This document shows, piece by piece, positions 39,082 to 53,102 of a DNA stretch of 64,000 nucleotides. Numbering within the stretch: position 1 is the first letter of the stretch; every line of letters starts with the position of its first letter. Both the position numbers and the translations under genes were made by a program. The notes under the pieces are model-generated. The model had not been told where the DNA came from, did no database searches, and saw only the letters and a program-made list of their open reading frames with translations. Source of the stretch: Psilocybe cubensis (lineage: Eukaryota); the NCBI GenBank assembly GCA_017499595.2, contig CM039008.1, forward strand, positions 124,001 through 188,000, given 5' to 3'.

Positions 39082-39719
39082 CTATTGCTCCAATGCGACG
39101 AAATCATCGACGGATGTAATAGATACAGGGACATGCGCCACAGCGAATCCTGAGGGAAGCGACGTGAGTCTCATTTAACGGACTACGACTTGAAGCTTAA
39201 ATAATGAATGGTCACTGACCCTTGACACCATTAGGCGATTTGCACGTCCAGCGGATGAGCGAGCCTTCTTCGACGTGCAGGATGCCTCCCTCGCGGAGCA
39301 CAGTCGTATTCCCCGGGTTCTTCCGATCCTCATACTCAATCTCCCCTAACCAAAAAAAAAATGCGCTCATTAGCCTCACAACACATCTACCCTCAGAAAC
39401 CAGAAAGGAAGGAACAATTTACCCTCAGTGACATAGTAGATGCAAGGGCCCGGGTACGTCGCCGTCATCTCCGCACCATTCTGGACATCCAAGACGGCAG
39501 GGAGGAGGTAGCTCTCTTTCCCTTTTGGCGGGTCATGATGCTCGACGGTCGGGTGGTTGAACGCCTTGGGCAGGTATTCATGTGGGCTTTGGATGTATTG
39601 CTCTTTGGCGACGTGCTACAATGAAATCATCATTTGTCAGGAGAGGAGGTTCAGAGTTGGAGAAGTAGGGCGAGGAGCGCTAGGAATATGGAGAGGTGCA
39701 AGGGACTCACGAATGGCAT
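39082..39719 (-). CDS. Small cupin-like protein, paralogue C (4 exons)
   Basis: ATG CCA TTC|GTGAGT; HVAKEQY...HPTVEHHD...YLLPAV...YPGPCIYYVTEG|EIEYED...GGILHVEEGSLIRWTCKSPNGVK|GFAVAHVPVSITSVDDFVALEQ*. Confidence 0.85.
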
Positions 39720-41574
39720 CGTGTGATTAATGATTGGAAATGGTTCAGAGATACGTGAGATATAGGGTTTGGATGGGATTTCATATCGATCCACATGTTT
39801 TATAGCGGACTTAGGAAACATCTAATGGTACTTCTGTGAAGGAGCATTTGTTCACGCAGGACGATACCATCGGAGACACACCGCCCATTGGTCAGTATCA
39901 AAAATGCTCAGCGGATCCTCAGTCATGATACCGCTGCGTGTACAGCCAGCTGATAAACGAGAGACCAATCATCATACGGCGCCTTCCTGTTGGAAATAGG
40001 GCTCGTGAGTCCCTCAATGGAAGCTCAAAATAGATGGCTGATTCGTTTGTGTTGATGGATTAGATTAGGGGTAAAAGTTTATCATCTATTCACTCGTCGT
40101 ATGTTCCGAACTGGTGTAAGTTCAGGGTTGTTACAATCTTTGGTGATCTAGGGCGGGGAAGTGACTGTTTCGGCAGACTGTATTCAGGGTGGCCATTTTT
40201 GAGGCTCGATTATATGTGACAGGGTCTCCCTGAAAAACCCTTGTGGGCATGTTATGCCTGAACAGATGTCTTAGTTACCTCTGCTAAATGAAGGTGAGGT
40301 TTGTAATTTCTTCTCTTTCACAAACAGTGATCAATAAACGCAGAACAACAAACATATTCATTGATAGAATATTTTAATAGAGGGTCAGGGAATGGCTACA
40401 TTAACACAAAATATCCTGTTGATATCTATTCCAGAGGCTTTAGACTCATAACTTGAAATGATTCCAATGGAGGCCGAATCGTTTTTAGTTCCGACTTTAT
40501 CTATGGGACTTCTGTCTCCCATGCATCGACGGGCGGTTGAACCCCCCTCCTCCGAATCCATCATCACCAGTATCAGGGAACTCGAATTTCGCTCTACCAG
40601 CCATCCGGGCGGATGAGGTGTTTGAGATGCACCGATTGTGCACCCCGCCCGGCGCTCGCGTAGAGGATCAGGGAATGGATCGCGGCGTCGACGTGTTCTT
40701 TAACAACACTTGCGACACCATACGCCATTTTTGACGCATCCTGCACGTGGTGACCCCCCGAGGATTGGCTTGGCGGGTTGGACGATGGAGATGAGGGAGG
40801 TGGGATGTCCGACTAAAATTTTCCTCCTCTGGTGTGTAGGTAGATAGCCATCCATCGCCTCGCGAGCGCGCGAGGCGCTTATATCAACTCTATAATAGAT
40901 GTTAACATTGTGTTGAAGGATATATTGATAGAAGGGAGACTTACTTGGGTAGTTGGGATAAACCTCCTGGAAAGATGCTTGTCTTTGACTAGCTGTTGTA
41001 TCCAAGTAACTGTTTAACGGTCGATGCATTACGACGGTGCAAAAATGAGTTGCTTAGACTGGATGTGGTGGTATGCTCGATACTGGGGTGCGAGAGGGTG
41101 CGAGTATGAATGTGAATGTAGTCGGTTTTGTGCTGGTATTTATACCTTTATAACTCCCCTGTGGCACGGTGATTCGAAAGGCACTGGCACTGGACTGCGA
41201 TGGAATGTCTACGAATTAGGAAATGTGGGCCTGTCGAAATCCGCCAACAGAGATGTCTTGGGGCCACTCATTTTCATTATTCATTTCGTGATTGGGCCAC
41301 CATTGTTCAGTATTTTCCGTTATAGTCTGGGGTCACATCAGAGAATTGCGGTCGCTCTTATGGCATTGTCATACGTACCTTCATTGTTCGAAGCTACGAA
41401 TCCGGTGGTCCACACAATACATAACTTCCTCACTGTCCTATTGCAAATGAGTGAAACGAGTGATTAAGTGGGCCACTCCTCAACTAAATCAGTATGCAAA
41501 GTACTATATTGAAGCCGTAATCGCTCCCCTTGTGCCTCTTCTCATACGCTTCTACACCGACGCTCTCACAACAG

Positions 41575-42260
41575 ATTTCCAAGTTCAATTTCCCACAATG
41601 GTCTGTGCTCATGCAAACCGTGGGACATTGTTCAAACGGAGTCCTAAAGGACAACTCGGTCGTTCGATGAACGCTGCTGCCCTTGTGGTTGATTCTTAAA
41701 ATTAAAGAGAAAACCCAGTCCTTTGGGGATCTACATCAAGATTACCTGAGACACATATCTGCCATTCGAAATTTTGGGGAGCCATCGCTGGCCTGTCATT
41801 CATCTCTGGCCCTCCTTGGTAGGCAGGCGCTCCATCCTTATTTCGATTGACGAATGTCGACAATCAGGCTGACCTATTTGGGAATCGTCAAGGCCATTGG
41901 CCTGAAATTCCCCCAAGCGACCTGCTCCACGGCCCTTCCAAACCCATTCATGCAACCTTCCATACACAGCTATCCATCCGACATATTAGAAAGATCATTC
42001 GTATAGTAGGAAAGAGACCCTCAGGGATGGGAGATGGTTCACTATCTGCGCTGGTCCGAAACGGGTATGTGATCCTTTGACTTAGTCCCTCCCCACTTCC
42101 GACTTCCCAATACTATCACTCAGTATCCCTTCCGGATCGGTCTTCATCGAATCACGCGTGGATCCAATTACACCTTTGAATACGGCCTCCTATCGCGTGG
42201 AGAGAAATCATAACGATCTCCGTTATTTGGCCCAACCCCTTTACCTACCTACAACGTTCC
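41575..42260 (+). pseudogene. Degenerate gene-like segment, paralogous to 37080-37700
   Basis: Nucleotide similarity to 37080-37700 with a shared GTATGT donor; frames are broken. Confidence 0.4.
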
Positions 42261-42676
42261 TGTGGCTCCATGGCATCATTCATCGACATTACACATACAT
42301 CGTCACACGGCATTTCACTCTGTTTCACGGATGCGGTGAGTATCCCTGTTGCTTTGGTGTGTCTTACTTTATCCTTGTTTACCAGAGCCCTGACTGCTTG
42401 TCGTTCTGGGGGGAGAGTGACTAGAAACAGAAGGACGGGCGGATGGTGCTTTTGGAGCGCAGGTATGATACCGCTAAGGCCAAGGACAAGCGCCACGTCG
42501 CTGATATCACACTCAATTTTTAGTGCAGCCATGTGGCTACCTCCATAGCCAAGTAGGCCTACCTTGACATGATGTATGCGCATGCCGATGACAGATATAT
42601 CCTTACAGAAAACGCTAGGCTCGTTGCGAATTTCTCCGTTGGGTATTTTTCATTAAATGCAGGTTATGTGCGATAG

Positions 42677-43252
42677 CTACTGGTCCGTGACGACGAAATC
42701 GTTGATGAATTTGACAGACACTGGGACATATGCTACACCAAATCCTGTATCGAGCGAAGTGAGCTGCAAAGCAGCAAAAGTAGTAAAATGTTTTCTGACC
42801 TTTGACACCAGTAGGTGATTTGCACATCCATCGGATAAGCGAGCCTTCCTCTACATGAATCACATCTCCCTTTCGCAGGACAGTAATATTCCCAGGGATT
42901 TTTGTGTCCTCATACTGTATTTCTCCTGTTAAAATGAAATAACCAACATCAACGTGCAGATATATGCCCAGGACACGGGAAGGGGACAAGTTTACCCTCG
43001 GTGACATAGTATATGCAAGGGCCGGGGTACCTCGCTGTGATTTCCGCCCCATTCTGCATTGCAAGGACGTCTGGGAGGAGGTAACTCTCCGTTCCATCTG
43101 CATGGTCATTGTGCTGAATTTTCGGGTGATGATACGCATTGGGCATATATTCATGTTTGTTTTCTACATAATGTTCCTTGGGAATGTGCTGGAACGATCT
43201 TCATTGTCAGAGCTGCAACGTGCGGAGGTGTTGAAGGACTCACGACGGGCAT
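42677..43252 (-). CDS. Small cupin-like protein, paralogue D (4 exons)
   Basis: ATG CCC GTC|GTGAGT; HPKIQHNDHADGTESYLLPDV...YPGPCIYYVTEG|EIQYED...GDVIHVEEGSLIRWMCKSPTGVK|GFGVAYVPVSVKFINDFVVTDQ*. Confidence 0.85.
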
Positions 43253-44839
43253 TGCACAAGCTTTGATAGTTCTTGGGAAATCCTGATATTGACCCACATG
43301 ATATATAGCTGAAGTGTGTTCAGCTGAAGTCGGGAATGTTGGGGCGTTTCGTGATATTGGGCAGTGTGATATAGTCAGCTGCTCAAGTCAAACATAATGA
43401 AGTTGTGTTTCACAGGAGTTGAATGTCAAATGTTCTTGATCTAGGATATGTTTACTGATGACTCAATTCAAAAACACAGTGCTCAATAGCTATTAACATC
43501 CTTGAGTATATTTTCAACTCATATTCGGCTGCGTATGCAGTCAGCTGATACTGGATAGACACAAGGGTATACGCCACCCTTCTCATGATACCCGATTTTT
43601 TTTCGATGTATAATCACCCTTTCAGAACATAATTCTTGCAAAGAAAATTCTTGATACATTAATAGAGGGTTGAGGGATGCTTAAACCGTGATGTAACGAC
43701 GTCGCGCTGTGAGCGCGTGCGCATGACGAAGTCCGCGTTCCCACGGCCTGCCGCGCACGGCATTGTCGAACAATTGACTTTACCCACGGTCTTACAGGTT
43801 GAACGGTACTCATACAATCTCATACAATTCGACTCGACATCCCTCAAGACGGTCTTGGTAGTCAATTGAATGCTATATTTACCACGAATATGCTAGAAAT
43901 CAACCACTTCTCTCTGTCGTGAAGCAGTCGGCCCCATTTCCATGTCATAGGTCATTTCCCACGCTCATTTTCAGGCAAGCGCGGTCGACTTCGTCGAATT
44001 TTGCAAGATAGCGCATGTACACTGCTTTCAATCGTTTACATAAACTTTTATACTCAGAAATATACGCCATTTCTCTAAGTTCACAATGAACCGTAAAGCA
44101 ACATAGGGAATGAGAACATAATATTGATTTGGGTGGATGCTCTCTCATGCCTGATGCCTGTCATAACTTGTCGATCTTGTGCTCCTGACATTGTCATGTG
44201 TGAGCAAAAGAGCATTGGGAAGCGGTGGCGGCGGAGAAGACTAGGAGGATCAAAGGTCGCGAAGATGGCAATGGAGGCCACTATACTACAGTAGTATATT
44301 GGCCCATTTAATCATTCCAGTGCCTAGAACAAGTGGCGATACCGTTCCAGTCTTCCTTATATTTACGCCACCCCACATGAATCAAGTCAACGCTCCGACG
44401 TGGACATTTATCCTGAAATCAATTTCAAAGCTCTGTGAAATCTTCATGATCGTTCACGGAGAGACTGGTTTATTTATGCGCAATTAGGGACAGGGTCAAA
44501 GAAACAAGGTGGTGTGATGAGCCCTAGAGGCGAGTTACGGAAGTCGTGGGTAGAGCCGTACACCGGGACTCTACAATGTAACTAATCCTTTTACTTATCG
44601 TCATTTTGCGCGATTACTTGGCGTTAGTGCGATTGCTCGAGCATAGGTGTGGCGGGAAGTGTAACACTCTGCCGAATAGGAGTGCTCAGCTGATGAGACG
44701 TCTAGGACCCGGTCAAAAGCATAGGGAACATATATTACTTTGAGAGTGAGCAAAGAAGGAGTGTTCTATAAAAGAGAGATTCCAGAGGCTAAACTTTCAC
44801 CGAGCTTTAATTTTCAAGGCTTCCAGGTTTATAGCTACA

Positions 44840-45412
44840 ATGCCAAAGGTTTGTCGCTTGACACGTCCGGTTGGTTGCACTCACCCCAAATTTTACGTGT
44901 TATATCAACAGCACGTCCCAGTACACCACTACGACAGCAATCCCTACGAGCTCGTTCCGAAGGGAATTATACACCCGGATGTAGAACACCACGACCATCC
45001 AGAGGATGCAGAACACTATCTCCTCCCTGTAGTATTTGCTCTCGAGGAAGGGGCAGTTGCGCATATCAAGTATCCCGGACCGGGGGTATACTTTTTTTCC
45101 CAGGGTTCGCTGCCCTCCCTAATTTTTTGATCCAAATTAATACTTGCTATTATTTCCGCTATAGGGGAAATAGAGTACGAGGATACCGCAAAGCCAGGGC
45201 ATCATACTCTTTTGAAGCCAGGATCCGTGCTTCACATTGAGGATGGGTCAGTCATTCGTTGGCGGTGCAAATCGCCTTCCGGCGTGAAAGGTACAAGTGT
45301 TTTACGTTCCGCCACTACTCGCATGTGTCTGACATTATTGTCAACAGGGTTTGCTGCTTTCTACGTCCCAGTTTCTGTTAAGAGTTTGGACGAATTTGTG
45401 GTCCCGGAGTAA
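44840..45412 (+). CDS. Small cupin-like protein, paralogue E (4 exons)
   Basis: TATAAAA at 44767; ATG CCA AAG|GT; HPDVEHHDH...YLLPVVF...YPGPGVYFFSQG|EIEYED...GSVLHIEDGSVIRWRC...|GFAAFYVPVSVKSLDEFVVPE*. Confidence 0.85.
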
Positions 45413-46799
45413 TTTCGTGTAGTTGACATGAGTCGGTAATAGTTACCGCATGTACCATCATGAATATATACTTACACCAGGATATACGACGTATATAGCA
45501 GTTGGGTGTCAATTTAGTATCCCGGGTTCATGAAGTCAAGCAAGATCCAGTGTAGATGACATTATAGTATTTTAAGCCGTTACACATGTGCTATATCTAA
45601 GTTATGCATAGATCATATGAAGTAGATAACCAGAATAAGAGTCGATTCTAAGAACATCAAAGAACGCGAGTGTAGATGTCATTTTACGCCACACCTTATT
45701 GTATCTGTCTTTTCCCACTGTGTGATAGTCCCCTGAATATATCTGACTACGACAAGCGAGATTACCTCTCAAGAAATACCAATTTTAGAACTCCCTTCAC
45801 TTCTACGACCGATGGACTAGAAATAGCAATCCAAACCAATGACAGACTTCCACGGGGCCGTGGACTTTGACCCCAACAGGATTTCCTCTCAGTTAAATAA
45901 TTATGACAAAAGGATAGCACTACCATTATATTCAGAACCCCTAAATTCTTGTCAAACAACGATAATTGACGAGAGCAGAATCCAATCATCCATGTTCAGC
46001 TGAGTGTATTGAGTATCTAGACAGGGCCCATTTACTTACCGGAAGGGCACTGGAAAATGTCAGTGCAATGTCAGTGCGGTCAGTGCATGTCAGTGCATAC
46101 CACAGTAATGTCAGTGCAATGTCAGTGCAGACTGCAGTGATGTCAGTGCAATGTCAGTGCATGTTTCCAATAATCTATAAGTTGGTCATGGTGTGTCAGT
46201 ACATGCCTGTGCGTGCAGGGTTATGTTAGTGCATTGGTTAGTTCATCGTGATGGTGTGGTGGCAAAATTTGAACTTGTTAAATTGGGGCCGTGAGAAAGT
46301 TAACTTGGGGATGATTAAAGCATACGGTCTCGGAGTTTCTGGGTCAGGCATAGCTAAATAACAAGATATAGAAGTAAATATATATTCTCTACATTTTCAA
46401 GTAACAATCTGGTGTACTAAATCAAGCATAGATGTGGGAAGAATGAATGAATTGTATTGGAATCATTAATTAGGCGCCTCAGAGTATTCCACATCAGTAA
46501 AAGTACAACCCTACTTTCGGGCACTTTCATCGCTTTCTAAAGTGACGAAAGTGACAAAAGTGCGAAAGTGTTCAGGCTTGCAGCAAGCCAGCCCCCATTT
46601 TCATGCACAAGTCATTTCATCTTTCGAAAGATGCAAATGTGGCAAAAGTGGGCCTGAAAGATATCATACTTTGTGCAAGCTATCTAGCTCATGGGAAGAT
46701 TCGAGCACCTTTCACGATGACCTTGAATGTCTTTTGGTAAAATAATTTTGATTGAAAATATGCGCTTTGCGCACTAGTAGATGGGATCGTACTAATTAA

Positions 46800-49125
46800 C
46801 TAATCACTGTCATTATCGTTATCGAGAATAGAAAAGTCGGAAAGAGGTTCCTCGATGGCATCGGGGGCGGCTGGTGCTACTGGCTGGATTGTAATACTCT
46901 TGTGCCTACGTGTAGCCTTCATCGCACCCTGAATAATTTTCTCCCACCGCTTATCTGTAAGTTTCATAACTACACGCAGCAGATTGGACGTAGCTTTGCT
47001 TTCCTGAACCAATCCGGGTAGGAGTGTGGGATAGTTCTTTGGATCGCGTGTCAGATTGTCTCCCCAGTTGTCCTTTGAAAAGTCTCCCAATGGCCGCTGA
47101 ATCTTCAGATGTTCGCCAGTAAGCCAGTGAGAGATAGCATGATGGGACTGACCGTAAAGTGTTAATAATGGTTGATAGCATGTAAAAGTTGTTGTAGATC
47201 ACGTACCGCCTGAATAGCCATTATCAGCGCGCCTATCGGTTTGTCATCACGTCGAGCACTAGAATGGATTGCGGATATGCTGGAGTAATGGTAGGCGAGT
47301 GTCGATAATATGAGTGGATGCTGAAATATGCCCTAGTATATTAGAAAGAAAGACATCGGTTACAAATCTGATGCAAACGATTATAAATACTAGAAACAAA
47401 GGCTTGCCGTTGCGTTGATTTGGTCCTCCCCCTCCTCATAGCTTAAATAGTAGAAAGGACGACATTTGTAGTCGCCTGAGAGTGCCCATTTGCACCACTC
47501 TGCAATTCCAGATTTTGACCTATCTTCCATAGCTGGAATAATTGACTTCTCGAAACAAGTTACAGCTGTTTGTGCGAGTTTTGTACGCCAGTTATAGATA
47601 TTATTTTCAACCTATCAATGGATCAGTCAAGTCCGCCCAAGATAATTACAGACGCACCAATTTGGTCACTACAGTCTTTAACCACCCTTCCAACGGTACT
47701 TCAGGAAACACTTTATGCCAAAGATCTAGTATTTGCTGCTCTGATGGACGCTCCCAAGGATTTATAATGCCAATTAGTTCACGGAGCATCGGAGAGAATT
47801 GCTCATCGTATGACAATCTCAGTTCAGACGGAAGATCGACTTTAGCACGAATTTCTTGTTTCCGTTTGAGCCTTGCATCCAATGAAGCGGGGGAAATATA
47901 AGTTGGTACAGATGTTGTGGCTACAACTTTGGCCAAGGAACGACCCGTAGACCCAGGATGTGGAGAGAACTATCAGAAGATAAGAGTAGTCAACGTGAGT
48001 CCAATTATTAGAGCTGCATTAGGTAATACACTACCTTTCCACGGGGATTTGATGCGTTGGCGCGCCTTTCAACCACCTCCCTTTCATCATCACTAATTCC
48101 ATCCATAACCTCTACATCATCATCTTCTTCCTCGTTTACCTCCATATCACTGGCACCACTAGTACCACTAGCATTGGAACTAGGAGGAAGGCTTTCTATA
48201 TCGGGTACAAGATCAAAACGTTCTTCGTATGTTTCTTCATTCCAATCATCACGTATGCCGCCAATGTTCGACTTTTTTAATTTCGCAGGTTTGCTTGAAA
48301 ACATATGGTAAGAATCCATGTATGCGGCAGTCAATTTAACCCAAATACCTAGACTGTGTCACTCGCCCTTTCCGTTTGTTTCCTACCGATGGTTCTTGGG
48401 TATTTTCCGTCAATCGATAAGCATTCACCTGGTTTCTAAGCTTTCCTCGTTTGTCCTTCCGACTTCCCTTTGACTTTGTTTGGGACAGCTCAGTGTCATC
48501 GTCCAAACCTCCGCTGTCATCCAGGTCTGAGTCTTCAGACTCAACTTGACTATTATCAACGTATTCTTCATCAGTGCCACCACCCGATGAAATGTCACCC
48601 GACGTCAAAGGTGTGCCGCTAATTTCGTCGTAATCTTCACTCATTTCAATCAGCCTCTGTATACCTTGTGTATAGACACATACCTGGTAGACTCGAAGCG
48701 TTAGATTCTTGATGGGGTAAAGATTCAATGGAGCCTTTGGACGAGTGAGTTCTTGAGTTGGATATTACTTCCATACTATCACTGAAACAATCTTTTTTTA
48801 AATTTTCCTCTTCTTGAAGAAGCTGATCCTCGATGGCTGCCGCCTTTTGGATTGAAGTTTTGCGACGTGAGGCCAGTTTTTGCTGTTCGGCTTGTTGAGT
48901 TTTCTTTTCCTTTGCTACTTCTTCAGATGTTCGCTTGGGCCGTGGAGCATCCACAATCCCTGGGTTTTGATTGCGTACAAGACGAAGAGTTGAGCGACGG
49001 TCAGTGTTTTGCTCAGTAGCAGAGTGGAGTGGCTCATCTGATTGTGTCACTGTTGCATTGTTGACCCTTCTAGATGAACGTTGATTTGGACCTGAAAGGA
49101 CTACAGGGTTCTTCTTTGGGGGCAT
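46800..49125 (-). CDS. Plavaka-element accessory protein, multi-exon; acidic/basic N-terminus, C-terminal domain resembling DUF6532
   Basis: ORFs 48646-49125, 48336-48728, 48008-48334, 47646-47936 and 46800-47090 linked by introns; C-terminal IFQHPLILSTLAYHY...PIGALIMAIQA...YWRT...FSKDNWG. Confidence 0.65.
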
Positions 49126-49684
49126 TGATTAGGTGTTTCAAGCAATAAAGATGATGTTTACGATGTGAGCTGGTCAAATTTCAGATACCCGGTTTAGTTG
49201 TTGTGACATTGTCATTGTTTTTTTTTCAGGTCTTTGCTGGCACTTCAAACACACGTCCTAACGGTTTGAGTACAGCACCGTGGATGCTCTGGAGTTCGAG
49301 TCCTAGACATGGAAATACCGTATGACAAGCAATTCAGCAAATTTTTATTTGTAAACTAATCATAGTTTTGTCTTGATACAGTTTTTAATAGGATGCGGCG
49401 AAAGGGGAGGAATTGTGGGTCTGAAAGGTATATAGTAGTCGTCCTCTTCATGTTCTTGTTGGTAGTTGTAATGCCAGTCCAAGCTTCCACTTTCTGACCT
49501 GTTTTCTTCGGAATCGGATACATAGTTGTCAGATGTATTCCAGTCATCGTATGGCGGCATATGGTGCTATATTGCAAAGAGTAAATCGGTGAGTAAGGGT
49601 AAGGAAGCAAACGTGACATGCAATGTTAATGTAACGCCGTCCCGTCGATTTCTTTCTTTTTCCGCAACTTACTTATTGATTTTA

Positions 49685-52600
49685 ATGCCTTCAAGAACTC
49701 GCAAAACTTTCCGAGCTGCTACTTTTCACTGCTCATATCCTGGATGTATCAAAACCTCAACAACATCGTGGGGAATACAGCAGCATTATACAAAAAAACA
49801 TGTTGTTCCCGCCGCTCTCAAAGCTCAGCCTATAGTATCTCAATCTCCAACAAATTGCTCCTCTTCTTCACGTTCTCCCTCTCCAACACCACAACCCTGG
49901 TCCAACAACTTTTCACCTCGTCGCTTACCTCGCCGAACACCATCTGGGTCACCAAGCTTAAATCCAAGAAGTCCAAACCCATTGCCTAAGGCTACGCGTA
50001 TTGATGTCCATCCAACAATTAATGGTTTGTTCTTTGTAGCTTTTTTTCTCCAAAAAATCTAGCTATAACTATATATGAATTGTCCAGGACGGCCGTGTGA
50101 TCTGGCTGGCAACTATCTCCCACCAAAAACCAAACCACCACCCGTCGCATCTCACAACATTGATGATTTTACGCCTTTTGCAACTCGGATGGAATTCGAA
50201 ATGGCTGAATTTTTATTTGTTGAAGAGGAAATGTCTGCAGCCAGAATAGATCGCCTTTCACAAATTTTAGGTGCCAATTATCCTAACCAAGACCCGCCGT
50301 TTGCGAATCACTCCGATCTCTATGCTTGCATTGATAGCATCAGACAAGGCAACATTCCCTGGACCTCGTTTTCAGTTACCTACAATGGAAAGCTACCGGA
50401 AGATGGTCCGATTCCTGATTGGATGAAACAAACATACGAAGTGTGGTTTCGAAATCCACTTCACGTTCTAGAGCAACAAATAGCCAATCCAACTTATGTG
50501 CAAAACATCGATTATGCTCCAAAGCGGTATTACAGGAATGGTAAACGCAGGTACCGAAATCTTATGTCGGGACAGTGGGTATGGCAGCAGGCAGTATGTT
50601 CGTTTATTATACTCTTTGACATTTTTTATTTACTCGACGGTACAGAACAAAATTGCGCAAGACATCAAATGTCACGGATCTATGTTTTGCCCAGTGGTTA
50701 TTGGAAGTGACAAGACTACTGTCTCTGTGGCAACTGGACAGAATGACTTCTACCCACTGTATATGTCATTAGGAAATATTCATAACAAAATGCGACGAGC
50801 GCATAAAGATGGGGTCTCGCTAGTTGGATTTCTGGCTATTCCTAAAAGTATGTTCTTTTTTTATTAATGAACAGACATCTTTGCTTATACAGTTTTTCTT
50901 TAAAGCATCGCAGGAGTATAGTGATAGAGCTGACTTCCGAAAATTTCGTCGGCAATTGTTTCATACATCTCTAGAACACATCTTATCATCGCTTCGACCT
51001 CACATGTCTACGCCACGTGTAACCTTGTGTGGTGATGGCCATTACCGCCGCGTTATATATGGAATTGGCCCTTACATCGCAGACTATCCTGAGCAAGCTT
51101 TGCTTGCATGCATAGTTCAAGGCTGGTGTCCAAGGGGGGTCTAATTTGCAGGATTATTATTTCTACATGTAGCTAATTTTCTCTAAAGTACAGATGCACC
51201 TCTCATCCCGATGATTTAGATGTACCTAGTCCTCGTCGGTCACACGCGCATACTGAAACCCTTATGGATGGCTGTACATTAATAGAACTGTGGGATGATT
51301 ATGGAATAGTGGGCGATCTACATGTGAGTGATTTTTCGCAAAATGTTCCACAAAATCTGAAGTTACTAACTAGTTTTTTAATAGCCTTTTACTTTGTCTT
51401 TTCCCCGAGCTGATATACATGAGCTTCTTGCCCCCGACCTACTTCACCAAATTATTAAGGGCACTTTTAAGGACCATTTGGTGGATTGGGTAACACAGTA
51501 TATTAACCAACACCACGAGCCGCCACTGGCAAAGAAAATTTTAGCAGACATTGATCGATGGTATAAATTTTTGACTTGACTTGGCGGGTGAATGTTGAGT
51601 ACTAATATTCAAAGAATTTTTTGCAGCATTGCAGTTACCCCTTCGTTTCCTGGTCTTTGTCATTTCTATCAGGGACGTGGATTTAAACAGTGGACAGGCG
51701 ATGATTCAAAGGGCTTGATGAAGGTGATTTCAAGCTAATTTAAACCACATGTAAAGTCAAGAGCACTCAACTGTTATATTAGGTATACTTGCCCGCAATT
51801 GCAGGCCATGTTCCTGATCAAATGGTTCAAGCTGTGTCCGCCTTCTTAGACTTTTGTTACCTTGTACGACGCAATGTTATCGATGACAGTGCTCTTGATC
51901 AAATTGAGGCTGCTCTATCACTCTTTCACCGCCATCGTGAAATTTTTCGAGATCTGAACGTGCGACCTGAGGGATTTTCACTCCCGCGCCAGCATTCACT
52001 TACTCATTATCCTACGTTGATTCGCCTTTTTGGAGCACCAAATGGACTTTGTTCTTCAATCACAGAAAATAAGCACATAAAGGCTGTCAAAAAGCCTTAT
52101 CGACGGTCTAGTCGCTACAAGGCACTTGGCCAAATGCTTATAACCAACCAACGGATCGACAAACTTCGAGCGGCAAGAGTCTTCTTTACCAAACACAGTA
52201 TGCTAAATGGCGGCCCAGGGTGTTACATTCCCGAAAGCATATTGAAGAATACATCAAGTCCTTCTAAAACACTACCGGCGGGTCAAAGGGTTAGTGAAGA
52301 GTGTGGCGAGATTTTTGAACCGGAATCGCAATCAGAGATTACACTTGCAAAATCTCATGGTGTGTTTTTCCAACATTCTATGGCGCATATATTCAACTAA
52401 TATTCTGTAGTACGTGGTGTTCCGCTAGCAATTGAAGCGTTTGCAGTCCACGTCAGACAACCACGCCTTCAAGAACTCACTCGACACTTTCTTTATGATC
52501 AACTTGTTTCTGCAAATGCCGACCTTCAGTTACATATCCCCTCCAACGATACCCTTCCTAGTCTTGCCGGTTGCACTTTTCGACTATTTACTTCTGCCCG

Positions 52601-53102
52601 AGCCGTCTACTTTGCACCAAGCGATCTCTCTGGATCAAATGGTCTTTACTACGAAATGATTCGCTCAACACCGTCGTGGCACAACGGTCCTGCCAGACGT
52701 GACTGTGTGTTTATTGGTAACTCAGACTCTGACGAGGATGGGTTTGCTGGTTTGCATGTGGCACGTGTATTTCTTTTTTTCTCATTCAAGTATGCTGGTA
52801 CTATATACCCATGTGCATTGGTCCAATGGTTTTCACACATTGGAGACAAGCCATGTCCAATTACTGGAATGTGGAAGGTCAAACCAGACCTAGAGAGACG
52901 AGACCAACGACATGGACAACGACGGCGGATGAATGTTGTTCACCTTGATTCTATTTATCGAGGTGCACACCTGATTGGGGATCCGGGAAAGGACTTCATT
53001 CCTGTTGACAAAGAGTTTGATTTTTCAAAATCTCTTGATGCTTTTCGTTCTTTCTATGTTAACAAGTATGTAGATCACCACGCACATGAAATCGCTTTTT
53101 AG
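49685..53102 (+). CDS. Plavaka transposase, multi-exon, with N-terminal C2H2 zinc finger
   Basis: CSYPGC...QQHYTKKH; SDKTTVSVATGQNDFYPLYMSLGNIHN..RRAH; KFRRQLFHTSL; PYIADYPEQ; PDLLHQIIKGTFKDHL; QWTGDDSKGLMK; GLCSSITENKHIKAVK; C-terminal FYVNKYVDHHAHEIAF*. Confidence 0.9.

Noticed and set aside
40440-41030. Coding-like stretch (EMHRLCTPPGARVED...GWTMEMREVG)
   Set aside because: Frames are broken and no family was recognised; at most a pseudogene remnant.
46057-46160. ATGTCAGTGC arrays as CRISPR or telomeric repeats
   Set aside because: 10-bp units with no unique spacers, in a eukaryotic context, located in transposon subtermini.
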